From Squalus acanthias (taxonomy: Eukaryota), in assembly GCA_030390025.1 (NCBI GenBank), contig CM059437.1:54684001-54748000 (forward strand): 64,000 bases of DNA, read 5' to 3'. The stretch's first letter is position 1. Each line of letters starts with the position of its first letter. Made by a program: the position numbers and the translations under genes. The notes below the pieces were generated by a model, which was not told where the DNA came from, ran no database searches, and worked only from the letters and a program-made list of their open reading frames with translations. Positions 49,011 to 60,584 of this stretch are shown one piece after another.

Positions 49011-52000
49011 ATGAAGATAACCATAGCCAGCCTCAACATCAACGGCAGCAGAGAGGCACGCCGTAGATTTAATAACTTCTCAGCCCTTCGGGAAGGGAGG
49101 CATGCAGTGTGCTTCCTGCAGGAAACTCACAGCGTTCTGGGAGACGAGGCCACGTGGCTTCTGGAGTGGCGAGGAGGGGTCAGCATGAGTCACCTCTCCA
49201 ACATTTCCGGCAGGGTGGCTATCTTGCTGGCCCCGCATTTTCAGCCGGAGATCTTGGGGGTCAAGGAGTAGGTGCCGGACCGCATGCTCCAGGTCACTGT
49301 TCGCCTGGGGGGCGTGCCACTCCATTTAGTGAGCGTGTACATCCCCCAGGCCGGTGCGCAGCAAGTGCGCTTCTTCGAAGAAGTGTCCGCTCTTCTGGGT
49401 ACCATTGACGTCGGCGAGTGCGTCATCCTCGGGGGGGATTTTAATTGTACCCTCGAGGCGAGGGACCGTGCGGGTCCTCCGTGAAGCCTGGCGGCGACGG
49501 TGAAGTTGAGAGACCTGGTCGGGTCCTTCGACTTGGTGGACGTCTGGCGAAATCTCCATCCCGACTCCAGCGCCTTCACTTGGGTGGGGTCTGGAGGAGG
49601 AAGGTCCAGAATCGACCGCCTTTATATTTCCCCGGGCGTACGTCTCCTGCATTCCGGTGGCTTCCATGCGGCCGGTGCCATGCACGGACCACCACCTGGT
49701 GTGGGCGGAGCTCGCTCCGTTGCGGGTGCCGTGGGAGTCCGCATACTGGCATTTTAACAACCTGCTGCTGGAGGACGAGCGGTTCCATGGATTCGTTTCG
49801 TCGGTTCTGGGCCGACTGGAGAAGGAAGCGGGGAGGCTTCCCCTCCTTGAGGCTATGGTGGGACGTGGGCAAGGCTCACGTCTGTCTCTTCTGTCAGGAG
49901 CACGCGAGGGGGTCGACCAAGAGGCGGGAGGCCCGGGTCGGGCGGTTGGAGAGGGAGGTGCTCAACCTGGAGTCCCGTCTCGGTCAAGTCGTCAAAGACC
50001 CGGCCCTGCGGAAGGTGTATGAAGAGAAGAAGGGCGCACTGAAGGACCTGCAGCTCGTCGGGTACAAAAGGCGCATATGTGAGGTCGCGGATCCAGTTCC
50101 TCCGGGAACTGGAGTGCGGCTCCCCCTTCTTCTACTCGCTGGAAAAAAGACGAGGGGTCCGTAAGCAGCTCTTGGGGCTGCTGGCCGACGACGGATCTCT
50201 GGTCTCGGATCCGGAGGGGATCAGCGTGCAGACCCGGTCCTATTACGGGGCTCTGTTCTCTCCGGATCTGTCCAGCGAGGATGTGCGCAGAGTTTTGTGG
50301 GAGGACCTGCTGAAGGTCGGCGCGGAGGGCGCCGAAGAATTGGACGCTCCGCTAAGCTTGGTGGAGCTGACTGGCACCCTCGGCCAGCTCTCGAGGGGAA
50401 ATTCCCCGGGGCTGGACAGACTGACCGTGGAGTTCCAGAGGGCATTATGGGACATCTTGGGGGGCGACTACGCGCGGATCCGGGGGGAAAGTCTGGCAAC
50501 CGGGGAGATACCCCTCTCTTGGCGCAGGGCGGTCATCGTCCTGCTGCACAAGAGGGCTGATCTCCGCCTTTTAAAAAACTGGCGCCAGGTCTCCCTCCTC
50601 AGCACGGACTATAAAATTTTCACCACCACCATGTCTGCCCGCCTCGGCACCGTGCTGGCCCACATGATTCACCCCGACCAGTCCTACACGGTCCCGGGCC
50701 GGACAATCCACGACAACATCCATCTGGTCCGGGACCTGGTCCACCTTTCCCAGAGGGCTGGTCTGTCGGTCGCCTTCCTTTCCCTGGATCAGGAGAAGGC
50801 GTTCGACAGGGTGGATCGCGAGTATCTTTTCGGAACTCTGCGCGCATTCAGGTTCGGGACGCATTTTGTCGCCCGGATCCGACTTCTGTACGGCTCCACG
50901 GAGTGTCTGATTAAAGTTAACGGGACTTTGATGGTGCCCCTTCACTTCGGGAGGGTGGTACATCAGGGATGCCCGATGTCCGGTCAGTTATACGCCGTTT
51001 GCGTGGAGCCTTTCCTGTGCCTCTTGCGGAAGAGTTTGATGGGACTGGCTCTGCAAGGGCCGGGCGTGGAAGTCGTCCTCTCAGCTTACGCCGATGATTT
51101 GCTCCTCATGGTCACGGATCCCGTCGACTTGCGGAGGATGCAAGAATGCCAGCAGATTTACTCGGACGCATCCTCCGCCAGGATCAACTGGGAGAAATGT
51201 TCTGGACTCCTGGTGGGCCAGTGGCGGGTGGACTCCCTGCCGGAGGAGTTCAGGCCCTTCGCCTGGAGCACAACGCACCTCCTCTACTTCGTAGTCCACC
51301 TCGGCCCCACCGAGGACACCTGGCTACCGAACTGGCAAGGGCTGGAGGCCAAAGTCACCGCTCGCCTAGGACGCTGGACGGGGTTGCTCCGAGTGTTGTC
51401 CTACAGGGGTCGAGCGCTGGTCATAAACCAGCTGGTGGCCGCCATGTTGTGGTACCGGTTGGTCACTTTGATCCCTCCCCCTGCGTTTGTCGCCAAGATA
51501 CAGAAGATGCTCATCGACTTCTTCTGGGACAAAAGGAAGCACTGGGTCTCTGCCGCCGTTCTGTGTCTCCCGCTTAGGGAGGGTGGTCAGGCGCTGGTAC
51601 GCCTTCGCACCCAGGCAGTGACTTTCCATCTTCAGATGCTGCAGAGATACCTTTACGTCGAGAATCCTCCCAGATGGTGTGCGCTGGTGACGTATTTCTT
51701 CCGCCAGATGCACGGCCTCAACTATGACACGCAGCTCCTGTTTGTGGAATTGGGCCGCACTGCGAGCCTACCTGTGGCAGCTGCCTGTCTTCTACCAGGA
51801 ACTGCTATGGGTCTGGAACCAGGTCGCCTCCAGGCGGAGTTCTCCCCCGTCAGGAGTGGCGGCTCTCCTTCGGGAGCCGCTGCTCAGGAATCCGCACCTC
51901 GACATCTGATGGATCGGGTGGCTGGCAGAGGGCAGGGCTGTGCCTGGCAAGGTGACCAGAGTCGGGGACCTGCTCGATGGCGGAGGAGCGGGCTGGATGG

Positions 52001-52913
52001 CGCCAGCGGAGTTGGCGCGGCACCTCTCCTGGGTCGACGGCTGGCATGCGACCAAAGCCATCGAGTCGCTGAAAGTGGCACTTGGCCCGGACTCCACTAG
52101 GTGTATCGAGGAGGCTCAAGCACGTGGGGCGATCCCGTCCGAACTGACCTCCGTTCAGACAGAATTCCTCATCGGCGCGCGGCCCCGAAACCCCTCTCGG
52201 GAACCGGCACCTCACAACTTGAGCCGTCTCGGGGAAATGCCCTCCGTGCCCTTTAGTTCTGCACGGAGGGGTTTCCTGTACGGGCTGCTCCTGCACACTT
52301 TCCACTTTGTCATCTTCGCCTGCCATCCGACATACCTTGGCGTGCCATCTTGCCGTCCGGCAGAGGTGAAGATCCCCAATGGAGGGCTCTCTACGCGGGA
52401 GACCTCCCCTTTTCTATTGGGGACTTGGCCTGGAGGGTGTTGCACGGAGCAGTCCCGTGCAATCAGTTTTTAAGTAGGTTCACGGACTCCCAGGCCGCCT
52501 GTCTTTTTTGCCACCTCGAGGAGTCCGTGTTCCACGTGTACATAGATTGTGAGAGGTTGCAGCCCCTCTTTGAATATTTGAAGGGGCTGCTCCTCGCTTT
52601 TTGGTTGCACTTCAGTCCCACGCTCCTGATCTACGGTTACCCGGTGCGGAGGGGAGAGGGCGGGTCGGAGGACCTCCTCGTAGGACTGCTCCTGGGCCTG
52701 GCCAAAGTGGCCATTAACAGGTCCAGGCAGCGGGCGGTCGGGGGGGGCATTCGGCCCAATTGCCTGCCTCTCTTCCGCGGCTATGTTCGCACCCGGGTGG
52801 CCCTGGAGATGGAACACGCGGTGTCCGCCGGCACACTTGAAGCCTTCCGAGACCGGTGGGCGCTGCAGGGACTGGAGTGCATCGTCTCCCCGGGCAATGT
52901 TATTTTAATTTAA
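49011..52913 (+). pseudogene. Tx1 ORF2, copy B
   Basis: EN, RT (in ORF 50079-52100) and CLFCHLEESVFHVYIDC. Several stops and frameshifts. Confidence 0.9.
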
Positions 52914-53117
52914 TTCACCGCGATAAGTTTCATTTGAAGATTTGTTAAGTTACAATAGTTTATATTGACTCAAAAGAGTACAAGGCCTACAATTCAGTGC
53001 AGCTGAAGGCAGTTAATTAGGGGAACTTGATAAAACTGGTTCTCCTGTGGCAGGGCCCAGCAAGCTCCTTTGTTTCAAGGCCTATAAAAACAGGCTTTGA
53101 AGTGTGATTTTGCACTA

Positions 53118-53210
53118 AGTTCGGTTTAAACAGAGTGCTGCGAGTTGGGTGAGTCAGGTAGTCAGTTGAGGAGTGGAAGGAGGAGCTCCCTTGTTTCACC
53201 TTTGTTTTTG
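53118..53210 (+). repeat. Direct repeat X, copy 2 (Tx1 to Tx1 junction)
   Basis: Starts 35 nt after TATAAAA and is followed by the Tx1 5' UTR. Confidence 0.85.
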
Positions 53211-54263
53211 AGACACAGGCTGCGAGATTCTCAGCTCAGCTCAGTTCAGCTCGGTGCTGTGTGAATGGGACTGAGTGCAGTTTGCTGAGAAGAGGAGAGG
53301 AAAGGAGAGGTCTCTCTTTCTCTGTGCCTAGGAGGAGAAGAAGGAGCCACTAAGGGCAGAGCGGAGACTCTTTCCACCTCCACCACGCCTGCAGCTGCAG
53401 CTACAACTACAGCAATTACTACTGCTGAGGTGCCAGATGGGAGAGAGGGGAGGAGAGGAGAGAGAGGAGACCAACAACAACAACAGAGGGAAGCCTTTCC
53501 ATCACTGCCTCCCCAACTGGTCTCCATTACGAGAGAGGGGAGAACAAACCCAAGACTAACATCTGCTTGGAAGGAGGGAGAGCGAGCAATCCAGAACAAC
53601 ATCTAGAGGTGGATGTTAAAAAGGGCACTCTCCAAAAGACTTTGTATTTGAGGTGGGGGGAGGAAAGAAGAAGGAGAAGACCAGGAGAGCAAGGGGTGTG
53701 TGTGTGTGTGTGTGTGGCTAAAGGTAATAACTAGGCCACACACACCATCAACAAGCACCCCTTGCCTATTGCTTCACCTGGGACAGCTGGAGCTGCCCAG
53801 GCAAAGTCATCAATCTATTTTCCCATCTAGAACATCGTTAAGACCTGGTGGTGGACTGAGCCTGGGCATCTCCAGCTTTATTTTTTTCCCAGATGAAGAC
53901 ATCTTCTCCCCCCACCAGAAGACCATCAACAAAGACTATAATTAACATCGGAGAGTGCCCCCCCCTCCTGGAAGCACCCACCCACCCACTATCCTGAGTC
54001 GCGAAGAGGCCCCTGCGGCCTCCCTCCTTCCCACCCCTCTCTCTCTCTCTCTCTCTCTAACGAGGCACCTTCCCTATTAATTACCCAATTGAGCAGAGGG
54101 GAGAAGGCCCCTCTCCCAATTCCAATCATCAAAGGGAGAGGTGTGCCTTCATTTCTAAAACAACCCCCTCTGCTCGAGGAAAAGAAAAAAAAAACACCAA
54201 GGCAATATCAACATCACCCGGGCTGTGACTTGGGGTGGGTGTAGCCTTTTATACCACCTCAGT

Positions 54264-56363
54264 ATGGCGAGCACATCTTCGCCAGCGACGGGGCAAGCAA
54301 GGTCGTACATGGGTGTGGCAGCCACGGCCACAGCCAGTCCCGCTGCTTCTGCTGCCCCGTCGCCTTTCAGATTACTTACAAAAAAGCTGGGGGTAAAGAG
54401 CTACACTCACCCCAACATGACCATAGAGGTTTGCGTCAAAGCGATGGCTGGGGTAGTCGGCCCCTCAGCCATCGTAGCTGCCTCTAAAATGTACGGTAAG
54501 GCTGTGTTCTTCCTGGGGTCGGAGCGGGCGGTGTCCCTGGCCGTCACCAAGGGGCTCACCGTGGGTGGGACCTTCCTGCCGGTGGATCCGCTCGAGGCCA
54601 CCGCGCAGCGAATCATACTATCAAACGTCCCGCCCTTTGTTCCGGTTGAGCTCCTCCTCCCCCACCTACATCAACTGGGGGAGGTGAGGTCGGGGATTAA
54701 TCCGATCCCGCTCGGCTGCAGGGAGACCAGCCTCCGGCACATCTCCTCCTTCCGATGCCAGCTGTTTATCCAGCTGGTGCGGGAGGAGGACATGGAGGGC
54801 GCGTTTAACGTCCAACACGAGGGGACCGCCTACCGCGTCTTCTGGACGTCGGACGGTGTGCGGTGCCACGCCTGTAAGGAGGTGGGGCACATAAGAAAGA
54901 ACTGCCCCGCCTCCAAGGCCGCCAAAACATCCGAGGCGTCCAAGGCTGGCACCGCCGCCGCTCCTCCCCCTGTTTCTGTCTGCGCGTCCGCGACACCCAA
55001 TGCGCAGTCGACGCCGGAGGTCGACGCCGTCGCGGCCTCCGGCGGAGGGGAGGGGGAGAATCCAATCGGAAGGAAGGCGCGGAGGAAAACCAAACACCTT
55101 CAGGCGGGTCCACTATGAAGTACAGGACGAGCTACCTGAGCTTACGCCCCCGTACCTTGCGTGGGAGGCGGCGGTGCTCGAGAGTGCGGGGGGCATCGTG
55201 CCCGGTCCTGCGGCTGCAACCGCCGATGCGGCAAAATCAAGACCTGCGGCCGTGACCGGGCCCGGGCCCCCCGAGCAAACCGATCGACAGGGGAGAGCGG
55301 AAGTGGAGGCCTCAGTACACATGGAGGTCTCCCAACCTCCGTGTCCATTCACATTGAAAAGGAGGCACGACGCCCTGGAGGAGGAGGAGGACCACGAGGA
55401 ACAGGGTCCCCCCTCGCAAGGGGAGTCGTCGCTCGCCGCTGGCGCAGCACCTCACCCCCCCCCACCGACACCGTCACCGTCCCCGACATCCGGCAGGAGT
55501 TGCCTGTCCCCCGGGAGGGTACAACAGATGAGTCTGTCCAGCCTGTGCCTCCCGGGGATGGGGAAGAGACCCTGCTCGTGGGGGGGGCCGCGGAACTACC
55601 CGCTAACGGACGATATACGGAACCGTTGTTTCTCGCCAGGTCGGGCGTCCTGGGGACCGGGGCGGGCGAGGCCGATGAGGCTGAGCCCGCCATATACGGT
55701 AAAGACTACTCCCAGATGCTGCTCGACCTGGTTGAGCAATTAAATCGAAGTCCCCGGTCCGCTGGGTTGCAGGATGATGGCGGTGAAGGGGAAGGCCCCC
55801 TGACTCCGTCTCCGACGCTGGCGCCGGGGGTGTTGGGGGAACTGGCACTAATGTACTCCCTGGTTTCCCCGTGCACCCCAGTGCCGGGGGCAGAGGGGGG
55901 CCCCGAGCCACCGCTGCTTCCTGACACGGCGCCTCTGGAGGAGCCCAGGGAGGTCTCCTCTGCTGCCGATCCTGGGGTTGGGATCGGGGCAGAGGTAGGG
56001 CCAGCTGATAGCGGCCCCCCGGAGGAGGACGGGGACCCGGCGGAGGACACTGAGGATGACATGGACTCCGTCGCCAGCGAGGCGGTGGATACCCTCGTGC
56101 CCCCCTCCGGGTCCCCCCTCGTCCCCGTTGTGGAACTCCGGGACTTTGTGGCCATGGGCCAGGGTCGCCAGGATATAATCCAGCTGGCCATTGCTAAATG
56201 GTCGGATCTGGCGCTGCTCGTTTGCTCCGTCCGCGCCTGCCGTGAAAAACATGGGCGAGGACGGGGGCGTGGGCCCGGCCGAGCGGCGTCAGATCCGGAA
56301 GTTCCTCGCTGGCCTTGAAGGGAGTGGCGGTCGACTAGCGGCCGCGCTCCCTCCTCCCGTTAG
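54264..56363 (+). pseudogene. Tx1 ORF1, copy C
   Basis: Intact knuckle CHACKEVGHIRKNC, with frameshifts downstream. Confidence 0.85.
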
Positions 56364-56394
56364 AGTAAGGTAGAGGTTGCACTATGCTCTTGTC

Positions 56395-59300
56395 ATGAAG
56401 ATAACCATAGCCAGCCTTAACATCAACGGCAGCAGAGAGGCTAGCCGTAGATTTAATAACTTCTCGGCCCTTCGGGAAGGGAGGCATGCGGTGTGCTTCC
56501 TGCAGGAAACTCACACCATTCCGGGAGACGAGGCCACGTGTCTCCTGGAGTGGCGAGGAGGGGTCAGCATGAGTCACCTCTCCAACATTTCCGGCGGGGT
56601 GGCTATCTTGCTGGCCCCGCATTTTCAGCCGGAGATCTTGAGGGTCAAGGAGTATGTGCCGGACCGTATGCTCCAGGTCACTGTTCGCCTGGGGGGCGTG
56701 TCGCTCCATTTAGTGAACGTGTACGCCCCCCAGTCCGGTGCACAGCAAGTGCGCTTATTCGAAGAACTGTCCGCTCTTCTGGGCACCATCGACGTCAGCG
56801 AGTGCGTCATCCTCGGGGGGGATTTTAATTGTACCCTCGAGACGAGGGACCGTTCGGGTCCTCCGCGAAGCCTGGCGGCGACGGTGAAGTTGAGGGACCT
56901 GGTCCGGTCCTTCGACTTGGTTGACGTCTGGCGAAATCTCCATCCCGACTCCAGCGCCTTCACTTGGGTGGGGTCTGGAGGAGGAAGGTCCAGAATCGAC
57001 CGCCTTTATATTTCCCGGGCATACGTCTCCTGTGTTCCGCCGACTTCCATGCGGCCGGTGCTGTGCACGGACCACCAGCTGGTGTGGGCGGAGCTCGCTC
57101 CACTGCACGCGCCGGGGGGGCCTGCGTACTGTCATTTTAACAACCTGCTGCTGGAGGACGTGCGGTTCCAGGATTCGTTTCGCCGGATCTGGTCCGACTG
57201 GAGAAGTAAGCAGGGGGGCTTCCCCTCCTTGAGGCTATGATGGGATTGGGCAAGGCTCATGTCCGTCTCTTCTGTCAAGAGTACGCGAGGGGGTCGAGCA
57301 AGAGGCGGGAGGCCCGGGTCGGGCGGTTGGAGAGGGAGGTACTCGACCTGGAGTCCCGTCTCGGTCAAGTCATCAGAGACCCGGCCCTGCGGAAGGTGTA
57401 CGAAGAGAAGAAGGGCGCGCTGAAGGACCTGCAGCTGGTCGGGTCCCAAGGCACATACGTGAGGTTGCGGATCCAGTTCCTCCGGGAACTGGACCGTGGC
57501 TCCCCCTTCTTCTACTCGCTGCAAAAAGACGAGGGGTCCGTAAGCAGCTCTTGGGGCTGCTGGCCGACGACAGATCTCTGGTCTCGATCCGGAGGGGATC
57601 AGCGCGGAGACCCAGTCCTATTACGGGGCTCTGTTCTCTCCGGATCCGTCCAGCGAGGATGCGCGCAGAGTTTTGTGGGAGGACCTGCCGAAGGTCGGCG
57701 CGGAGGGCGCCGAAGAATTGGACGCTCCGCTAAGCTTGGCGGAGCTGACCGGCGCCCTCGGCCAGCTCTCGAGGGGAAAGTCCCCGGGGCTGGACGGACT
57801 GACCGTGGAGTTCCACAGGGCATTCTGGGACGGCTTGGGGGGCGACTACGCGTGGGTCCTGGGGGAAAGTCTGGCGACCAGGGAGATTCCCCTCTCTTGG
57901 CGCAGGGCGGTCATCATCCTGCTGCACAAGAGGGGTGATCTCCGCCTTTTAAAAAACTGGTGCCCGGTCTCCCTCCTCAGCACGGACTATAAAATTTTCG
58001 CCAGGGCCATGTCTGCCCGCCTCGGCACCATGCTGGCCCACATGATCCACCCCGACCAGTCCTACACGGTCCCGGGCCGGACAATCCACGACAACATCCA
58101 TCTGGTCCGGGACCTGATCCACCTTTCCCAGAGGGCTGGTCTGTCGGTCGCCGTCCTTTCCCTGGATCAGGAGAAGGCGTTCGACAGGGTGGAGCACGAG
58201 TATCTTTTTGGAACTCTGCACGCATTCGGGTTCGGGACGCATTTCCTCGCCCGGATCCGACTTCAGTACACCGCCGCGGAGTGTCTGATTAAAGTTAATG
58301 GCTCTTTGACGGCGCCACTTCACTTCGGGAGGGGGGTACGTCAGGGATTCCCCATGTCTGGTCAGTTATACGCCGTTTGCGTGGGGCCTTTCCTGCGCCT
58401 CTTGCGGAAGAGGTTGACAGGACTGGCTCTGCAAGGGCCGGGCATGGAGGTCGTCCTCTCAGCTTACGCCGATGACGTGCTCCTCATGATCACGGATCCC
58501 GTTGACTTGCGGAGGATGCGAGAATTCCAGCAGATTTACTCGGACGCATCCTCCGCCAGGATCAACTGGGAGAAATGTTCTGGACTCCTGGTGGGCCAGT
58601 GGCGGGTGGACTCCCTGCCGGAGGAGTTCAGGCCCTTCACCTGGAGCACAACGCACCTCCTCTACTTCGTAGTCTACCTCGGCCCCACCGAGGACACCTG
58701 GCTGGCGAACTGGCAAGAGCTGGAGGCCAAAGTCACCGCTCGCCTAGGACGCTGGACGGGGTTGCTCCGAGTGTTGTCCTACAGGGGTCGAGCGCTGGTC
58801 ATAAACCAGCTGGTGGCCGCCATGTTGTGGTACTGGTTAGTCACTTTGATCCCTCCCCCTGCGTTTGTCGCCAAGATACAGAAGATGCTCATCGACTTCT
58901 TCTGGGACAAAAGGAAGCACTGGGTCTCTGCCGTGGTTCTGTGTCTCCCGCTTAGGGATGGCGGTCAGGCGCTGGTGTGCCTTCGCACCCAGGTGGTGAC
59001 TTTCCATCTTCAGATGCTGCAGAGATATCTTTATGTCGAGAATCCTCCCAGATGGTGTGCGCTGGTGACGTATTTCTTCCGCCAGATACACGGCCTCAAT
59101 TATGACACGCAGCTCCTGTTTTTGGAATTGGGCCGACGCACACCTACCTGTGGGAGCTGCCTGTCTTCTACCAGGAACTGCTATGGGTCTGGAACCAAGT
59201 CTCCTCCAGGTGGGGTTCTCCCCCGTCAGGAGTGGCGGCTCTCCTTCGGGAGCCGCTACTCAGGAATCCGCACCTCCACGTCCGATGGATCGGGTGGCTG

Positions 59301-60289
59301 GCAGAGGGCAGGGCTGTGCCTGGCAAGGTGACCAGCGTCGGGGACCTGCTCGATGGCAGAGGTGCGGGATGGATGGCGCATGCGGAGTTGGCGCAGCACC
59401 TCTCCTGGGTCGATGTCTCCCGCGTGACCAAACCTATCGAGTCGCTGAAAGTGGCACAGGGCCCGGACTCCACTAGGTGTATCGAGGAGGCTCAAGCACG
59501 TGGGGCGATCCCGTCCGAACTGACCTCCGTTCAGACGGAATTCCTTATCGGCGCGCGGCCCCGAAACCCCTCTCAGGAACCGGCGCCTCACAACTTGAGC
59601 CGTCTCGGGGAAATACCCTCCGTGCCCTTTAGTTCTGCATGGAGGGGTTTCCTGTACGGGCTGCTCCTGCACACTTTCCACTTTGTCATCTTCGCCTGCC
59701 ATCTGGACACACCTTGGCGTGCCATCTTGCCGTCCGGCGGAGGCGAAGATCCCCAATGGAGGGCTCTCTACGCGTGAGTCCTCCCCTTTTCTATTGGGGA
59801 CTTGGCCTGGAGGGTGTTGCATGGAGCAGTCCCGTGCAATCAGTTTTTAAGTAGGTTCAAGGACTCCCAGACCGCCTGTCTTTTTTGCGGCCTCGAGGAG
59901 TCCGTGTTCCACGTGTATGTACAGTGTGAGAGGTTGCAGCCCCTCTTTGAATATTTGAAGGGCTGCTCCTCGCTTTTTGGTTGCACTTCAGTCCCACGCT
60001 CCTGATCTACAGTCACCCGGTGCGGAGGGGAGAGGGCAGGTCGGAGGACCTCCTCGTAGGACTGCTCCTGGACCTGGCCAAAGTGGCCATTAATAGGTCC
60101 AGGCAGCAGGCGGTCGAGGGGGTCGTTCGGCCCAATTGCCTGCCTCTCTTCCGTGGCTATGTTCGTGCCCGGGTGGCCCTGGAGATGGAGCACGCGGTGT
60201 CCGCCGGCACACTTGAAGCCTTCCGATACCGGTGGGCGCCACAGGGACTGGAGTGCATCGTCTCCTTGGGCAATGTCATTTTAATTTAA
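56395..60289 (+). pseudogene. Tx1 ORF2, copy C
   Basis: EN ORF 56377-57240, RT ORF 57673-59331 and CLFCGLEESVFHVYVQC. Contains stops and frameshifts. Confidence 0.9.
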
Positions 60290-60493
60290 TGGGATAATTT
60301 CATTTGAAGTTTTGTTAATTTACAGTCGTTTTATGTTGACTCAAAAGAGTACAAGGCCTACAATTCAGAGCAGCTGAAGGCAGTTAATTAGGGGAACTTG
60401 ATTAAACTGGTTCTCCTGTAGCAGGGCAGGGCCCAGCAAGCTCCTTTGTTTCAAGGCCTATAAAAACAGGCTTTGAAGTGTTATTTTGCACTG

Positions 60494-60584
60494 AGTGCGG
60501 TTTAAACAGAATGCTGCGAGTTGGGTGAGTCAGGAGTTAGGTGAGGAGTGGAAGGAGGAGCTCCCTTGCTTCACCTTTGTTTTT
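60494..60584 (+). repeat. Direct repeat X, copy 3 (Tx1 to CR1 junction)
   Basis: Same junction as 17761-17852, with TATAAAA at 60459. Confidence 0.85.

Larger units (their letters stand above)
45789..53117 (+). mobile_element. Tx1-group non-LTR retrotransposon, copy B (full length, disabled)
   Basis: ~1.1-kb 5' UTR, ORF1 46889-48979, ORF2 49011-52913 (SAYADDL) and a 3' segment with TATAAAA at 53083. Confidence 0.92.
53211..60493 (+). mobile_element. Tx1-group non-LTR retrotransposon, copy C (full length, disabled), head-to-tail with copy B
   Basis: ORF1 54264-56363 and ORF2 56395-60289 (SAYADDV). Confidence 0.92.
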
